A stretch of DNA of 64,000 nt from Candidatus Zambryskiibacteriota bacterium (GTDB lineage: Bacteria > Patescibacteriota > Minisyncoccia > Phycocordibacterales > WO2-35-19): the NCBI GenBank assembly GCA_043799105.1, contig JAZDOB010000010.1:10516-74515 (forward strand). The letters are read 5' to 3'. The notes beneath the pieces were generated by a model. That model worked only from the letters and a program-made list of their open reading frames with translations, had not been told where the DNA came from and did not search any database. Below are positions 1 to 9,583 of the stretch, piece after piece. The position numbers and the translations under genes are program-made. Position 1 is the stretch's first letter; every line of letters begins with the position of its first letter.

Positions 1-785
1 TTCTTGATGTCTCTTATAGCGAAACCAAACCGACGCCCGAAGAAGTGAAGGGAGTTTTGAATAATTTAAATTTCAAAGACGCTTCTGTCAGGTCTTCGGG
101 CGAAGGTTTTTTCATAAGACTCAAAGAGATATCACAGGCCGAGAAGGACTCCATAGTGAAAAACCTTTCTTTTGGCGGAAAATATTCTCCTGTAGAAAAA
201 ACTTTCAGCACAGTAGGACCAATATTAGGTAAAGAAGCCATTCAGAAATCTCTGATATCAATAATTTTAGTTCTTTTGGCCATAGTGCTTTTCATTGCTT
301 TTGCTTTTAGGAAAGTTTCCAGACCCATATCGTCCTGGATTTATGGGCTGGTAACCGTGCTGGCTCTCCTCCATGATGTTTTGGTGCCCACGGGTATATT
401 TGCCATTCTTGGGCATTTTTACGGATTTGAGGTTGATACTCTTTTCGTGACCGCCCTTCTTGTGATTCTAGGATTTTCTGTTCACGATACCATTGTGGTT
501 TTTGACAGGATCAGAGAAAATCTGCACAAAAATGAAAATTATGGCGGTAAAAAAGATTTTGAAACCATCATAGGAGAAAGTATCAACGAAACTTTCATCC
601 GTTCCATAAACACTTCCTTGACCGTGCTTTTGGCCATTTTGGTTCTTTATATTTTTGGACCGGAAACTATAAAAAATTTCACCCTTGCCCTTCTTATAGG
701 TATTTTTATCGGCACTTATTCTTCCATCTTTATTGGTTCCACTCTTCTCATAACCATAAACAATTGGAAAAAAAATAGGATATAA
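1..785 (+). CDS. secF: Protein translocase subunit SecF (5' end outside window)
   Basis: Frame is open to the left edge. Motifs VGPILGKE, ALLHDV, GFSVHDTIVVFDRIREN, RSINTS, GTYSSIFI. Confidence 0.95.
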   Translation, partial: LDVSYSETKPTPEEVKGVLNNLNFKDASVRSSGEGFFIRLKEISQAEKDSIVKNLSFGGKYSPVEKTFSTVGPILGKEAIQKSLISIILVLLAIVLFIAFAFRKVSRPISSWIYGLVTVLALLHDVLVPTGIFAILGHFYGFEVDTLFVTALLVILGFSVHDTIVVFDRIRENLHKNENYGGKKDFETIIGESINETFIRSINTSLTVLLAILVLYIFGPETIKNFTLALLIGIFIGTYSSIFIGSTLLITINNWKKNRI

Positions 786-792
786 TACCCTT

Positions 793-1038
793 ATGCACAA
801 AAATAATTTTTATATTTCATTTGGCATTTGGCTCATAATTATTCCACTGCTCGGCATTCCGATTGATTGGGCAAGAATACTTGTTTTCCTTTCCGGATTA
901 TTTTTGATTCTGGTTTCTTTGGGGCCCGTCATTCTTAAAAAATTGCAAGTTAAGCCCAAAAAGAAACAGGATTCACCAAAACAAGAATTAAAATTTTCTC
1001 CGGAAAATAACCAAATAGAAAAGGAAAAAGAAATATGA
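793..1038 (+). CDS. Small membrane protein (two TM helices, charged tail)
   Basis: 81 aa with a hydrophobic N-half; ATGA overlap with the next gene. Confidence 0.7.
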   Translation: MHKNNFYISFGIWLIIIPLLGIPIDWARILVFLSGLFLILVSLGPVILKKLQVKPKKKQDSPKQELKFSPENNQIEKEKEI

Positions 1039-2225
1039 GAAATGTGAGCAGGATTATAGGCATTTTTATTGGAGGAACAGCCATGCTGTTTCTCATTTCT
1101 TCTTTTGTTTTTTCTTCGGAAGTTTCTTATCAAAAGGACACTAATAATTTGGCGTCAACGGCAGTACAAATAAAAGAAGTAAAGCATTTAAAAACCCCGG
1201 AACCGCTTAAGGGTATCTACATGACTCAATGTGTTGCCAGTATGCCGTCGTTTCGGGAAAAACTAGCAAAACTTATTGACGAGACAGAACTTAATTCTGT
1301 GGTTATAGACATAAAAGACTACACCGGTACTATTTCTTTCAAGACTGGCAATCCCGAGATAGATGTTCTGAGTGGTTCCGGTTGTAAGGTTTCTGATATG
1401 CAGGATTTTGTGGATAGTCTACATGACAAAAACATTTATGTTATAGGCCGAGTAACGGTTTTCCAAGACCCGCTCTATGTCAAAGCTCATTCGGAATTGG
1501 CAGTCAAAAAGAAAAGCGATGGGGGAATTTGGAAAGACAGAAAGGGCATTTCTTTTATAGATGTCGGAGCCAAACCATTTTGGGACTATGTAATTTCCAT
1601 AGCCACTTCATCGTATGCAATCGGATTTGACGAAATAAATTTTGATTACATTCGTTTTCCGTCCGACGGCGATATGAAGGATATACTTTTTCCCTATACA
1701 GGCACTACTGCTAAAAAGGAAATGCTACGTCAATTTTTTAGTTATTTGGACTCCAAAATTGCGGGAACGGGCATTGTCACTTCGGCCGACCTTTTCGGTA
1801 TGACTACCGCCAATATCGATGATTTGAATATAGGCCAAGTTTTGGAATATGCTTTGGAAAATTTTGATTACGTTGCTCCTATGGTTTATCCATCGCATTA
1901 TCCTCCCACTTTTAACGGCTGGCCTGACCCCAATAAAGTGCCATACGAAATTGTGAAATTCAGTCTGGATGCGGCTGTAGCCAGAAATAAATTTTTATAC
2001 TCGGAAATCTCAACAAGTACAGCCTCCACAACTCCAAATTTGGGTTTGATGAAAAGAATAAATCCACTGCAACTTCGCCCGTGGCTTCAAGACAACGACT
2101 ATCCCGTCCACTACACTCCGGCCATGGTCCGCGCCCAAATCCAAGCGACTTACGACGCTGGCCTCACTTCCTGGATGCTCTGGGATCCGGCGAATACCTA
2201 CACAAAGGAAGCGTTGCTTCCTTGA
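1035..2225 (+). CDS. Putative glycoside hydrolase (DUF4015-like TIM barrel), N-terminal membrane anchor
   Basis: NSVVIDIKD, GRVTVFQDP, GFDEINFDYIRFPSDG, PMVYPSHY, RPWLQD motifs. Confidence 0.8.
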   Translation: MRNVSRIIGIFIGGTAMLFLISSFVFSSEVSYQKDTNNLASTAVQIKEVKHLKTPEPLKGIYMTQCVASMPSFREKLAKLIDETELNSVVIDIKDYTGTISFKTGNPEIDVLSGSGCKVSDMQDFVDSLHDKNIYVIGRVTVFQDPLYVKAHSELAVKKKSDGGIWKDRKGISFIDVGAKPFWDYVISIATSSYAIGFDEINFDYIRFPSDGDMKDILFPYTGTTAKKEMLRQFFSYLDSKIAGTGIVTSADLFGMTTANIDDLNIGQVLEYALENFDYVAPMVYPSHYPPTFNGWPDPNKVPYEIVKFSLDAAVARNKFLYSEISTSTASTTPNLGLMKRINPLQLRPWLQDNDYPVHYTPAMVRAQIQATYDAGLTSWMLWDPANTYTKEALLP

Positions 2226-2405
2226 CCTCACCCCTTACCCCTCTCCCCCCGCTTCGCCAAGGCTACGCCGGGCGAGTAGCCTTAGGAGAGGGGAACCATA
2301 GTTGATATAGCGGTAGTCCCCCTTGTGTTTTTTCTTTCTCCCTTCCCCTTCGCAAGGGGAAGCCCGCCCGCCTGAGCGATTCGGGCGGGGGTTGGGGATG
2401 AGGTC
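2224..2405. repeat. Composite nested palindromic (REP/MITE-like) element
   Basis: Outer IR gacctca...tgaggtc; inner stems cccctctcc/ggagagggg, cttcccctt/aaggggaag and cccgcccg/cgggcggg; GC-rich in an AT-rich context. Confidence 0.8.
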
Positions 2406-2428
2406 GTTCCTATGATATAATTTATTTG

Positions 2429-4141
2429 ATGGACGAAGGAGAAAAAATAACATATTTCGCAGAAACCGATGCGCGCAATAAGCGGGTGAAGTTTGGAATT
2501 AAAGCTGAAGATAGACTGAGGCACATTTACTCCATAGGGAAAACTGGCATGGGGAAATCAACCATGCTTGAGAATATGGCCATACAAGATATCCAAAATG
2601 GCGAAGGAATGGCCTTTCTGGACCCTCACGGCAAGACGGCTGATCTTTTGCTTGATTATGTTCCCGAGCACCGTATCAAAGACGTGATTTATTTCGCTCC
2701 TTTTGATACCGAGTTTCCTATTTCTTTTAATGTAATGGAAGATGTGGGGCCGGATAAAAGACATTTGGTGGTTTCGGGGCTTATGAGCGCATTTGAAAAA
2801 ATCTGGGTGGATGCTTGGAGCGCCAGAATGGCCTACATTTTGCAGAATACTCTGGCAGCGCTTTTGGAATATCCCGGAGCAACTATGCTTGGCATAAACA
2901 GAATGCTTTCCGACAAAACTTATCGCCAAAAAGTGGTTGATAACATAACCGATCCAACAGTCAAATCTTTTTGGGTTGACGAATTTGCCAAGTATACCGA
3001 TCGGTATGCTCAAGAAGCCACACCGGCCATCCAAAACAAAGTCGGTCAGTTTACCTCCAATCCACTCATAAGAAATATCATCGGCCAGCCCAATTCTTCT
3101 TTTGATATAAGGAAAATAATGGATGAAAAAAAGATTTTCATAGTTAACCTGTCAAAAGGGCTGGTGGGAGAAAACAATGCCAACCTCTTGGGTTCAATGA
3201 TTGTGACCAAAATATATTTAGCGGCAATGTCCCGAGCTGATGTCAGTCCGCAAGAGCTTAAAAAACTGCCCAACTTTTATTTATACGTGGACGAGTTCCA
3301 GTCTTTTGCCAACAAAAGCTTTGCCGATATTTTATCCGAAGCCAGAAAATATAAACTGGGTTTGAACATTACACACCAATACATAGAACAAATGGCCGAA
3401 GAGGTAAGAGCGGCGGTATTTGGCAACGTGGGAACAATGATTGCTTTCCGGGTAGGTTCATTTGATGCCGAAGTTTTGGAAAAAGAATTTGCGCCGGTGT
3501 TTACTATGGAGGATATCGTTAATTTGGGTTTGTATCAGATATATCTGAAGCTCATGATTGACCAAGTCGCTTCGCAGCCGTTTTCAGCCACCACTTTGCC
3601 GGGTATTCCAAAACCGGAAATTTCTTTCAGGGATAAAGCATTAGAAATGTCCAGAAAAACTTATACTCACCTCAAGGCGGAAGTGGAAAAGACAATAACG
3701 GAATGGCACCAGCCGGAGCAAAAGATAGTAGCCAGTAGCAAGCAGTCAGCAACAAGGATAGAAAAAAAAGAGGAGATGGGAAAAGAAATTATAGAACCCA
3801 AAAAAGAAACACCAAAAAGTGGCGTTTTAACAAAAGCCATTGAAGAAGCAATGAAAGAAAAGCCGGCGATAAAAATAGAATCAAAGCCCGACTTCGCTAA
3901 AGCTACGACGGGCAAGAAAGAAACTATGTCGCTTCAAGAATTAAGACATAGCCACAAAGATAGAAATAAAGGACCAACACCAGAAAAAATGAATGCGCTT
4001 AGGGAAGCGTTAAATAAAGTTCAAAATTCGAATATCAAAAATCAAAATTTGAACGCAGAAAAGAAAGAGGAAACAAAAAAACCCGAGCCAATCAAAGAGG
4101 TGCCCGAAAATGTTCTTAGAAGGATATTAAAGGGAGATTAG
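2429..4141 (+). CDS. VirD4/TraD-like coupling-protein family P-loop ATPase
   Basis: Walker A GKTGMGKS, FLDPHG, Walker B LYVDEFQ, LSEARKY, AVFGNVGT; low-complexity charged C-terminus. Confidence 0.85.
   Translation: MDEGEKITYFAETDARNKRVKFGIKAEDRLRHIYSIGKTGMGKSTMLENMAIQDIQNGEGMAFLDPHGKTADLLLDYVPEHRIKDVIYFAPFDTEFPISFNVMEDVGPDKRHLVVSGLMSAFEKIWVDAWSARMAYILQNTLAALLEYPGATMLGINRMLSDKTYRQKVVDNITDPTVKSFWVDEFAKYTDRYAQEATPAIQNKVGQFTSNPLIRNIIGQPNSSFDIRKIMDEKKIFIVNLSKGLVGENNANLLGSMIVTKIYLAAMSRADVSPQELKKLPNFYLYVDEFQSFANKSFADILSEARKYKLGLNITHQYIEQMAEEVRAAVFGNVGTMIAFRVGSFDAEVLEKEFAPVFTMEDIVNLGLYQIYLKLMIDQVASQPFSATTLPGIPKPEISFRDKALEMSRKTYTHLKAEVEKTITEWHQPEQKIVASSKQSATRIEKKEEMGKEIIEPKKETPKSGVLTKAIEEAMKEKPAIKIESKPDFAKATTGKKETMSLQELRHSHKDRNKGPTPEKMNALREALNKVQNSNIKNQNLNAEKKEETKKPEPIKEVPENVLRRILKGD
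3887..3916 (+). repeat. 30-bp palindromic repeat inserted in frame (PDFAKATTGK)
   Basis: cccgacttcgctaaagctacgacgggcaag closely matches the intergenic copy cccgcttcgccaaggctacgccgggcgag at 2248-2276. Confidence 0.75.
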
Positions 4142-4176
4142 TGGCTTAAACACTGGATTTTTGATACCATAGGGGA

Positions 4177-5352
4177 GTGGAAAAATCAAGAAAAATACTC
4201 ATATTTTCGACCGCGTATTATCCATTTGTTGGGGGAGCTGAGGTGGCAATAAAAGAAATCACTGATAGGATTCCAGATATACAGTTTGACTTGATTACAG
4301 CAAAGCTAAAAAGAAATTTGCCTAAAGTTGAAAAAGTAGAAAATGTAAATGTTTACAGACTGGGTTTCGGTATTCCTGTTTTAGACAAATTTCTTTTGCC
4401 TTTTTGGGGGGCCATAAAGACCATAAAACTAAACAATAAAAATCATTATTCTGCCTATTGGTGCATGATGGTAACTTTTGCCGGTGGCGCGGCATATGTC
4501 GCTAATATTCTGAGTGACAAAAAAATCCCTGTTGTCCTGACTCTTCAGGAGGGAGATTCGGAAGAATATTTGAAAACTAAATGGTTTGGCCTGATAGATT
4601 TATCGTGGAGACTTGCTCTAAAAAGGTCTTCCGCGGTTACGGTAATTAGCAATTATTTGGGACGGAGAGCCAAAGAGTTAGGATTTTCAGAGAAATCCAC
4701 TCTTATACCCAACGGGGTGGACGTTTCTCATTACTCAGAAATTTTTTCGCTGGAAGAATTAAAAGAATTGAGTGACAGGTTAGGCAGGAAAGAGGAAAAC
4801 ACAATTATACTTATAAGCACTTCCAGATTGGTTATAAAAAATGGTCTTGACCTTGTCATCAGGGCTTTGCCACTATTGCCGGAAAATATTCACTTTTTTA
4901 ACTTCGGTTTTGGTAAAGACAAAAAGTATTTGATTGATCTGGCCGGTACATTGGGAGTTGGGTCACGTGTGCATTTAGAGGATCACCCCGGTCATGATGT
5001 CTTGCCCCAATATTTGAAGATATCTGATATTTTTATTCGCCCTTCACGTTCCGAAGGACAGGGAATATCTTTTCTTGAGGCTATGGCAGCTAAAATCCCG
5101 GTTATCGCTACACCCGTTGGAGGTATTGTTGATTTTCTGCGTGATGGAGAAACCGGTTATTTTTGCCAACCGAAAGATCCTGAGAGCATAGCTGAAACGG
5201 TCAAAAAAGTTATTTCCGATCCAAATAAAAACAAAATTGTGGAAAATGCTTATAAAATGGTAAAAGAAAAATACGACTGGGATTCAATTGCCGGAAAAAT
5301 GGGGAACGTACTGACGGACGTAAGTATGCGCGTAATTATGAAATCAAAATGA
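4177..5352 (+). CDS. Glycosyltransferase family 4
   Basis: GGAE N-terminal motif; PSRSEGQGISFLEAMA (E-x7-E). Confidence 0.9.
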   Translation: MEKSRKILIFSTAYYPFVGGAEVAIKEITDRIPDIQFDLITAKLKRNLPKVEKVENVNVYRLGFGIPVLDKFLLPFWGAIKTIKLNNKNHYSAYWCMMVTFAGGAAYVANILSDKKIPVVLTLQEGDSEEYLKTKWFGLIDLSWRLALKRSSAVTVISNYLGRRAKELGFSEKSTLIPNGVDVSHYSEIFSLEELKELSDRLGRKEENTIILISTSRLVIKNGLDLVIRALPLLPENIHFFNFGFGKDKKYLIDLAGTLGVGSRVHLEDHPGHDVLPQYLKISDIFIRPSRSEGQGISFLEAMAAKIPVIATPVGGIVDFLRDGETGYFCQPKDPESIAETVKKVISDPNKNKIVENAYKMVKEKYDWDSIAGKMGNVLTDVSMRVIMKSK

Positions 5353-6374
5353 GAATTCTTATTACAACAGGTATATATCCGCCCAAAATAGGAGGTCCGG
5401 CACAGTATGCCAAGAACCTTAAGGACGCATTTGAAAAAATGGGCCATGTTGTGAACGTTAAGACTTATGGTATGGAAGATAGATTACCGACTGGCATAAG
5501 ACATTTATTTTTTTTCCTTAAGATAATTCCACAAATTGCAAAGAGTAACGCGGTTTTTATCTTAGACACTTTTAGCGTGGGATGGCCTGCAGTGTTGGCT
5601 TGCAAGATATTTGGCAAGAAGGGGATTATAAGAACCGGTGGGGATTTTCTTTGGGAGCAGTATGTAGAGAGAACAAAAAAGAAGATATTGTTTAGGGACT
5701 TTTATCAGACAAAAATGACAAGTTTTTCTATGAAGGAAAGAATCATATTTAAAATTACAAAATGGACTTTGAACAACACTTCAAAAATTATTTTTTCCAC
5801 TGAATGGCAAAGAGACATTTTTGTAAAAGCCTATGGTTTAAATGTGGCAGATACTTGTATTGTTGAAAATTATTACGGGCCGAAAGCCGCCTCCGCAGAG
5901 AGCTTCGGCGAGCCAGGGGAATCCAATAAAATATTTATCGGTTCGGCGCGCAATCTGGTTTGGAAAAATTTTAATGTATTGGAACGTGTTTTTGGTAAAA
6001 TAAAAACCAAGCATCCGAAAGTTGTCCTTTTTACAGACAGCCTGCCTTATCAGCAATTTATGGAAAAAATGAGCAAATCATACGCCGTTGTACTGGTTTC
6101 TTTGGGTGATATAAGTCCCAATATGATACTTGACGCCATAAGATTAAATAGACCTTTCATATGTACCAAAGAAGTGGGCATATTTGAGCGAATTAAAGAA
6201 GCGGGGATTTTTATCGATCCCTTAAACGAAAGAGAAATAGAAATGGCAATTTTAAATTTACTAACCGAGGAGGGATACAGGAGGGCTAAAGAAAAGGTGA
6301 GAAGCTTCAATTTCACGCATACCTGGAACGAAATTGCCTCGGAGTTTATTCGGACTTTAGATTCAACAGAATGA
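5349..6374 (+). CDS. Glycosyltransferase family 4-like
   Basis: MRILITTGIYPPKIGGPA start; SLGDISPNMILDA variant of the GT-B motif. Confidence 0.8.
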   Translation: MRILITTGIYPPKIGGPAQYAKNLKDAFEKMGHVVNVKTYGMEDRLPTGIRHLFFFLKIIPQIAKSNAVFILDTFSVGWPAVLACKIFGKKGIIRTGGDFLWEQYVERTKKKILFRDFYQTKMTSFSMKERIIFKITKWTLNNTSKIIFSTEWQRDIFVKAYGLNVADTCIVENYYGPKAASAESFGEPGESNKIFIGSARNLVWKNFNVLERVFGKIKTKHPKVVLFTDSLPYQQFMEKMSKSYAVVLVSLGDISPNMILDAIRLNRPFICTKEVGIFERIKEAGIFIDPLNEREIEMAILNLLTEEGYRRAKEKVRSFNFTHTWNEIASEFIRTLDSTE

Positions 6375-7906
6375 AAGTTATATCTATAGGCACAGATAGG
6401 AAAATATTTGCAAAAGACTCTGCTGTCAGGCGTAGAGCTGTTAAGTACGGGGAATTTTTTGAAGAAATGCACGTAATAGTTTTTTCAAAAAGAAACCATA
6501 AACATTCAGATTTCCGATACCAAATATCAAATAAAATATTTGCTTACCCGACTAATTCAAAAAGTGGTTTTTTCTATATTTGGGATGCGTTTCGTATCGG
6601 AAAAACTCTAAAATCTAATATTAAAAACTCAAGTTGTGTTGTTTCTGGGGGTGATCCTTTTGAAACCGGGGCGGTAGGAGTATTGCTCAAACTATTTTTC
6701 AATTTACCTCTCCATATCCAAGTTCATACTGATTTAATGAACAAATACTTCAGTCAATTGTCTTTATTGAATAGGATTCGTTTTTTTATTGCAGAATTTA
6801 TTTTGAGATATTCCGATAGGGTTAGAGCCGTATCAGAAAGAGTCGGAAAATCAATCAGCCCATTTTCTAAAAGTATTGATATTTTGCCAATCAAGATGGA
6901 AATAGAAGAAAGAAATTATGAAAGTGTAAAAAAACCTTTTCCATTCACACTGCTTATGGTGTGCCGTTTGGAAAAAGAAAAAAATATAGAGACTGTTTTT
7001 CGTGCTGTTAAAACGGTAAAAAATAAAGATATCGGACTTTGTATAGTGGGAGACGGTTCGCAAAAAAACAATCTTGAAAACGTGGCTAAAAATATGGGGA
7101 TTTCGGAGAAAATAATTTTTGCCGGTTGGCAAAATAATTTGGCGCCATATTACAAAATGGCAGATATCTTTGTTTCTGCTTCTTTATATGAGGGCTATGG
7201 AATCTCAATCATGGAAGCCGCTTATTTTGGAAAGCCTTTGATTCTTTCTGAAACCGGAATAGCAGGAGATATTTTTAAAGAAAATGAATCGGCTTTTGTT
7301 TGTGACGCAAAAGATTCTGCCTGTTTTGCTAAAAATATTTTAGAAATTTATAAGGACAAAGACTTGGCGCAAAAAATGGGGCAATTGGCGAAAATATCTG
7401 CCGACAAGCATTTAATTTCTGAAAAGAATTATTTTAAAGAATATGCCGATTCTATCATAAAAACCGCTGCTAATTTTAAAGAAAGAAATTTTATTTCTAG
7501 GATTATAAATTTTAAAATAACGGCTTTTAGATCAATCAGATTTTTACGGTATTTTATATGCGGTATTATCTCCGCAGCCGTCAACATAATTTTACTGTAC
7601 ATATTTACCGATATTTGGAGCATATGGTATCTGTATTCTTCTATTTTTGCTTTTCTTATCGCTCTTATTGTAAGTTTTAATCTGCAAAAATTTGTGGTTT
7701 TCAAAGATGGTAATACCGATGGACTACACCGCCAGTTTTCCAAATTTTTTATTGCGGCTGTTTTGGGTGTCATTTCGAATACCATTTTGGTTTATGTTTT
7801 TACGGATATTATTAATGTTTGGTATATATTTTCCCAAATCATTGCTGGGATTTTTGTAATGGTTCAAAACTTTATTCTATACAGATTTTTTATATTCAAT
7901 AAATGA
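6371..7906 (+). CDS. GT4 glycosyltransferase fused to a C-terminal GtrA-like (4 TM) domain
   Basis: SLYEGYGISIMEAA; C-terminal RFLRYFICG...SFNLQKFVVF...NFILYRFFIF GtrA pattern. Confidence 0.85.
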   Translation: MKVISIGTDRKIFAKDSAVRRRAVKYGEFFEEMHVIVFSKRNHKHSDFRYQISNKIFAYPTNSKSGFFYIWDAFRIGKTLKSNIKNSSCVVSGGDPFETGAVGVLLKLFFNLPLHIQVHTDLMNKYFSQLSLLNRIRFFIAEFILRYSDRVRAVSERVGKSISPFSKSIDILPIKMEIEERNYESVKKPFPFTLLMVCRLEKEKNIETVFRAVKTVKNKDIGLCIVGDGSQKNNLENVAKNMGISEKIIFAGWQNNLAPYYKMADIFVSASLYEGYGISIMEAAYFGKPLILSETGIAGDIFKENESAFVCDAKDSACFAKNILEIYKDKDLAQKMGQLAKISADKHLISEKNYFKEYADSIIKTAANFKERNFISRIINFKITAFRSIRFLRYFICGIISAAVNIILLYIFTDIWSIWYLYSSIFAFLIALIVSFNLQKFVVFKDGNTDGLHRQFSKFFIAAVLGVISNTILVYVFTDIINVWYIFSQIIAGIFVMVQNFILYRFFIFNK

Positions 7907-9339
7907 AAGACAAAATAATTTTAATCCAAATAAACACCGCGGAAGACCATTCGGAAAAAGTTTTGCCATTGGGTATTTTATCGGTTGGAAGCGCTCTCCA
8001 CAGAGCGGGTTTTGATGTTGAACTCATAAATATTACTGAAAAGGAAATTGAGAGAACCGTCGAATTTATAATAAAACAAGATCCTATGTTGGTGGGATTT
8101 TCTGTTATGACCGGCAGACAGACCAAACATAGCGCTGAAATGTCCAAGCTTGTAAAAAACAAATCGGGCGCACTTATTTTATGGGGCGGCATACATCCTT
8201 CGCTTTTACCCAAAGAGTGTTTGGCGGAAAATTACATAGATCTGGTTATTGTCGGCGAAGGGGAGGAAACTGCAGTGGAATTGGCCCAAAAATTGATGCA
8301 GAAAAAATCTTTAGACGGTATCTTGGGTTTGGGATTTAAAGGTGGTGGACAGATAAAATTAAATCCGGCGCGCCCATTTATAAAAAATTTAGATGAATGG
8401 CCCTGGGATTTTTCATTATTGCCTATGGAGAAGTATCTCTATAAACTCGGCAAATTTAAAAGAGTAATCGCTTACAAAACCAGCCGAGGATGCCCTTTTA
8501 ATTGCTCCTTCTGTTACAATCGCGCCTTTAATCAGAGTCGCTTTCGAGCCTGGTCAATTGACCATGTACAGAGAGACATCAGTTTCTTGAAAGAAAAATA
8601 TAAAATTGATGCCATTAAATTTTATGATGATAATTTTTTTGTTGATAAAAACCGAGCGCTGACGATTTTAAGAAAAACTAATCTACCTTCTCACCTTGAG
8701 GTCAGAATAGACATGATTGATGATAATCTTGCTAAAGAATTAAAAGATCAAAACGTCTTTGACTTGCTTATTGGGGCTGAGGCGGGTAGCGACCGCATCT
8801 TATCGCTTATTAATAAAAGGATCACGGTCGATCGCATTTATTCAGCAGTCAAATCTTTGGCCAAGTTTAACGTACCCGCCTGTTATTCGGTTATTGTCGG
8901 GTTGCCAACCGAGACCGAGGCCGAATTTGAAGCTACTATTAATTTGCTCTATCAGATATACAAGATTCATCCTGAGGCAACTTTTACTCTGGGGGCCTAC
9001 ATGCCATACCCGGGATCTTTGATGTATGATATGGCTATAAAAGCCGGATTTAAACCGCCGGTCAGGACTGAAGATTGGGGTAAAATTGACCGTTTCCGCA
9101 AAGACTTTTCTTCGCCTTGGGTGGATGGTGAATATGTTTGGCGAATTCGTGAATACTTTAAACTGCTAAAATTCAAACTGGGGCCGATTAATTCTTGGTT
9201 TGATTGGCGTTTGAAACATCGGTTTTTCGCTTGGCCCATTGATATTTATCTGGTAGAGTGGCTTTCAGGTCTGGCTATCGAGGAAAAAAGTTGGTTCGGG
9301 CATCTTTTGAGGAAAAGTTACAATTTTATCAAAAAATAG
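7903..9339 (+). CDS. Cobalamin-binding radical SAM enzyme (class B-like)
   Basis: PLGILSV, GGIHPS and GEGE in the B12-binding part; SRGCPFNCSFC (CxxxCxxC). Confidence 0.9.
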   Translation: MKDKIILIQINTAEDHSEKVLPLGILSVGSALHRAGFDVELINITEKEIERTVEFIIKQDPMLVGFSVMTGRQTKHSAEMSKLVKNKSGALILWGGIHPSLLPKECLAENYIDLVIVGEGEETAVELAQKLMQKKSLDGILGLGFKGGGQIKLNPARPFIKNLDEWPWDFSLLPMEKYLYKLGKFKRVIAYKTSRGCPFNCSFCYNRAFNQSRFRAWSIDHVQRDISFLKEKYKIDAIKFYDDNFFVDKNRALTILRKTNLPSHLEVRIDMIDDNLAKELKDQNVFDLLIGAEAGSDRILSLINKRITVDRIYSAVKSLAKFNVPACYSVIVGLPTETEAEFEATINLLYQIYKIHPEATFTLGAYMPYPGSLMYDMAIKAGFKPPVRTEDWGKIDRFRKDFSSPWVDGEYVWRIREYFKLLKFKLGPINSWFDWRLKHRFFAWPIDIYLVEWLSGLAIEEKSWFGHLLRKSYNFIKK

Positions 9340-9356
9340 GTTAAAATCTTCTTGTT

Positions 9357-9581
9357 ATGGTTAAAATATCTATAAATAAAAAAGAGTGTATTGGTTGCAG
9401 TTTTTGCACTGATTGTGCCCCGGAGATATTTGAAATTGATGAACAGGATTTTAAATGCAAGATAAAACAGGATGGAAAGCTGGTTAATTCAATGTCAGTT
9501 AATTTATCGGCAGAACAACTGAAGCAAGTGAAAGAGGCTAAAGATGGTTGTGCGGTTCAAGCCATTGAATTGGAAGAATAA
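9357..9581 (+). CDS. Single-cluster ferredoxin
   Basis: CIGCSFC...CAVQAI, 74 aa. Confidence 0.85.
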   Translation: MVKISINKKECIGCSFCTDCAPEIFEIDEQDFKCKIKQDGKLVNSMSVNLSAEQLKQVKEAKDGCAVQAIELEE

Positions 9582-9583
9582 AA

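Noticed and set aside
2429-4141. Conjugative element or ICE
   Set aside because: Solitary VirD4-like ATPase with no relaxase, VirB genes, integrase or att sites nearby.
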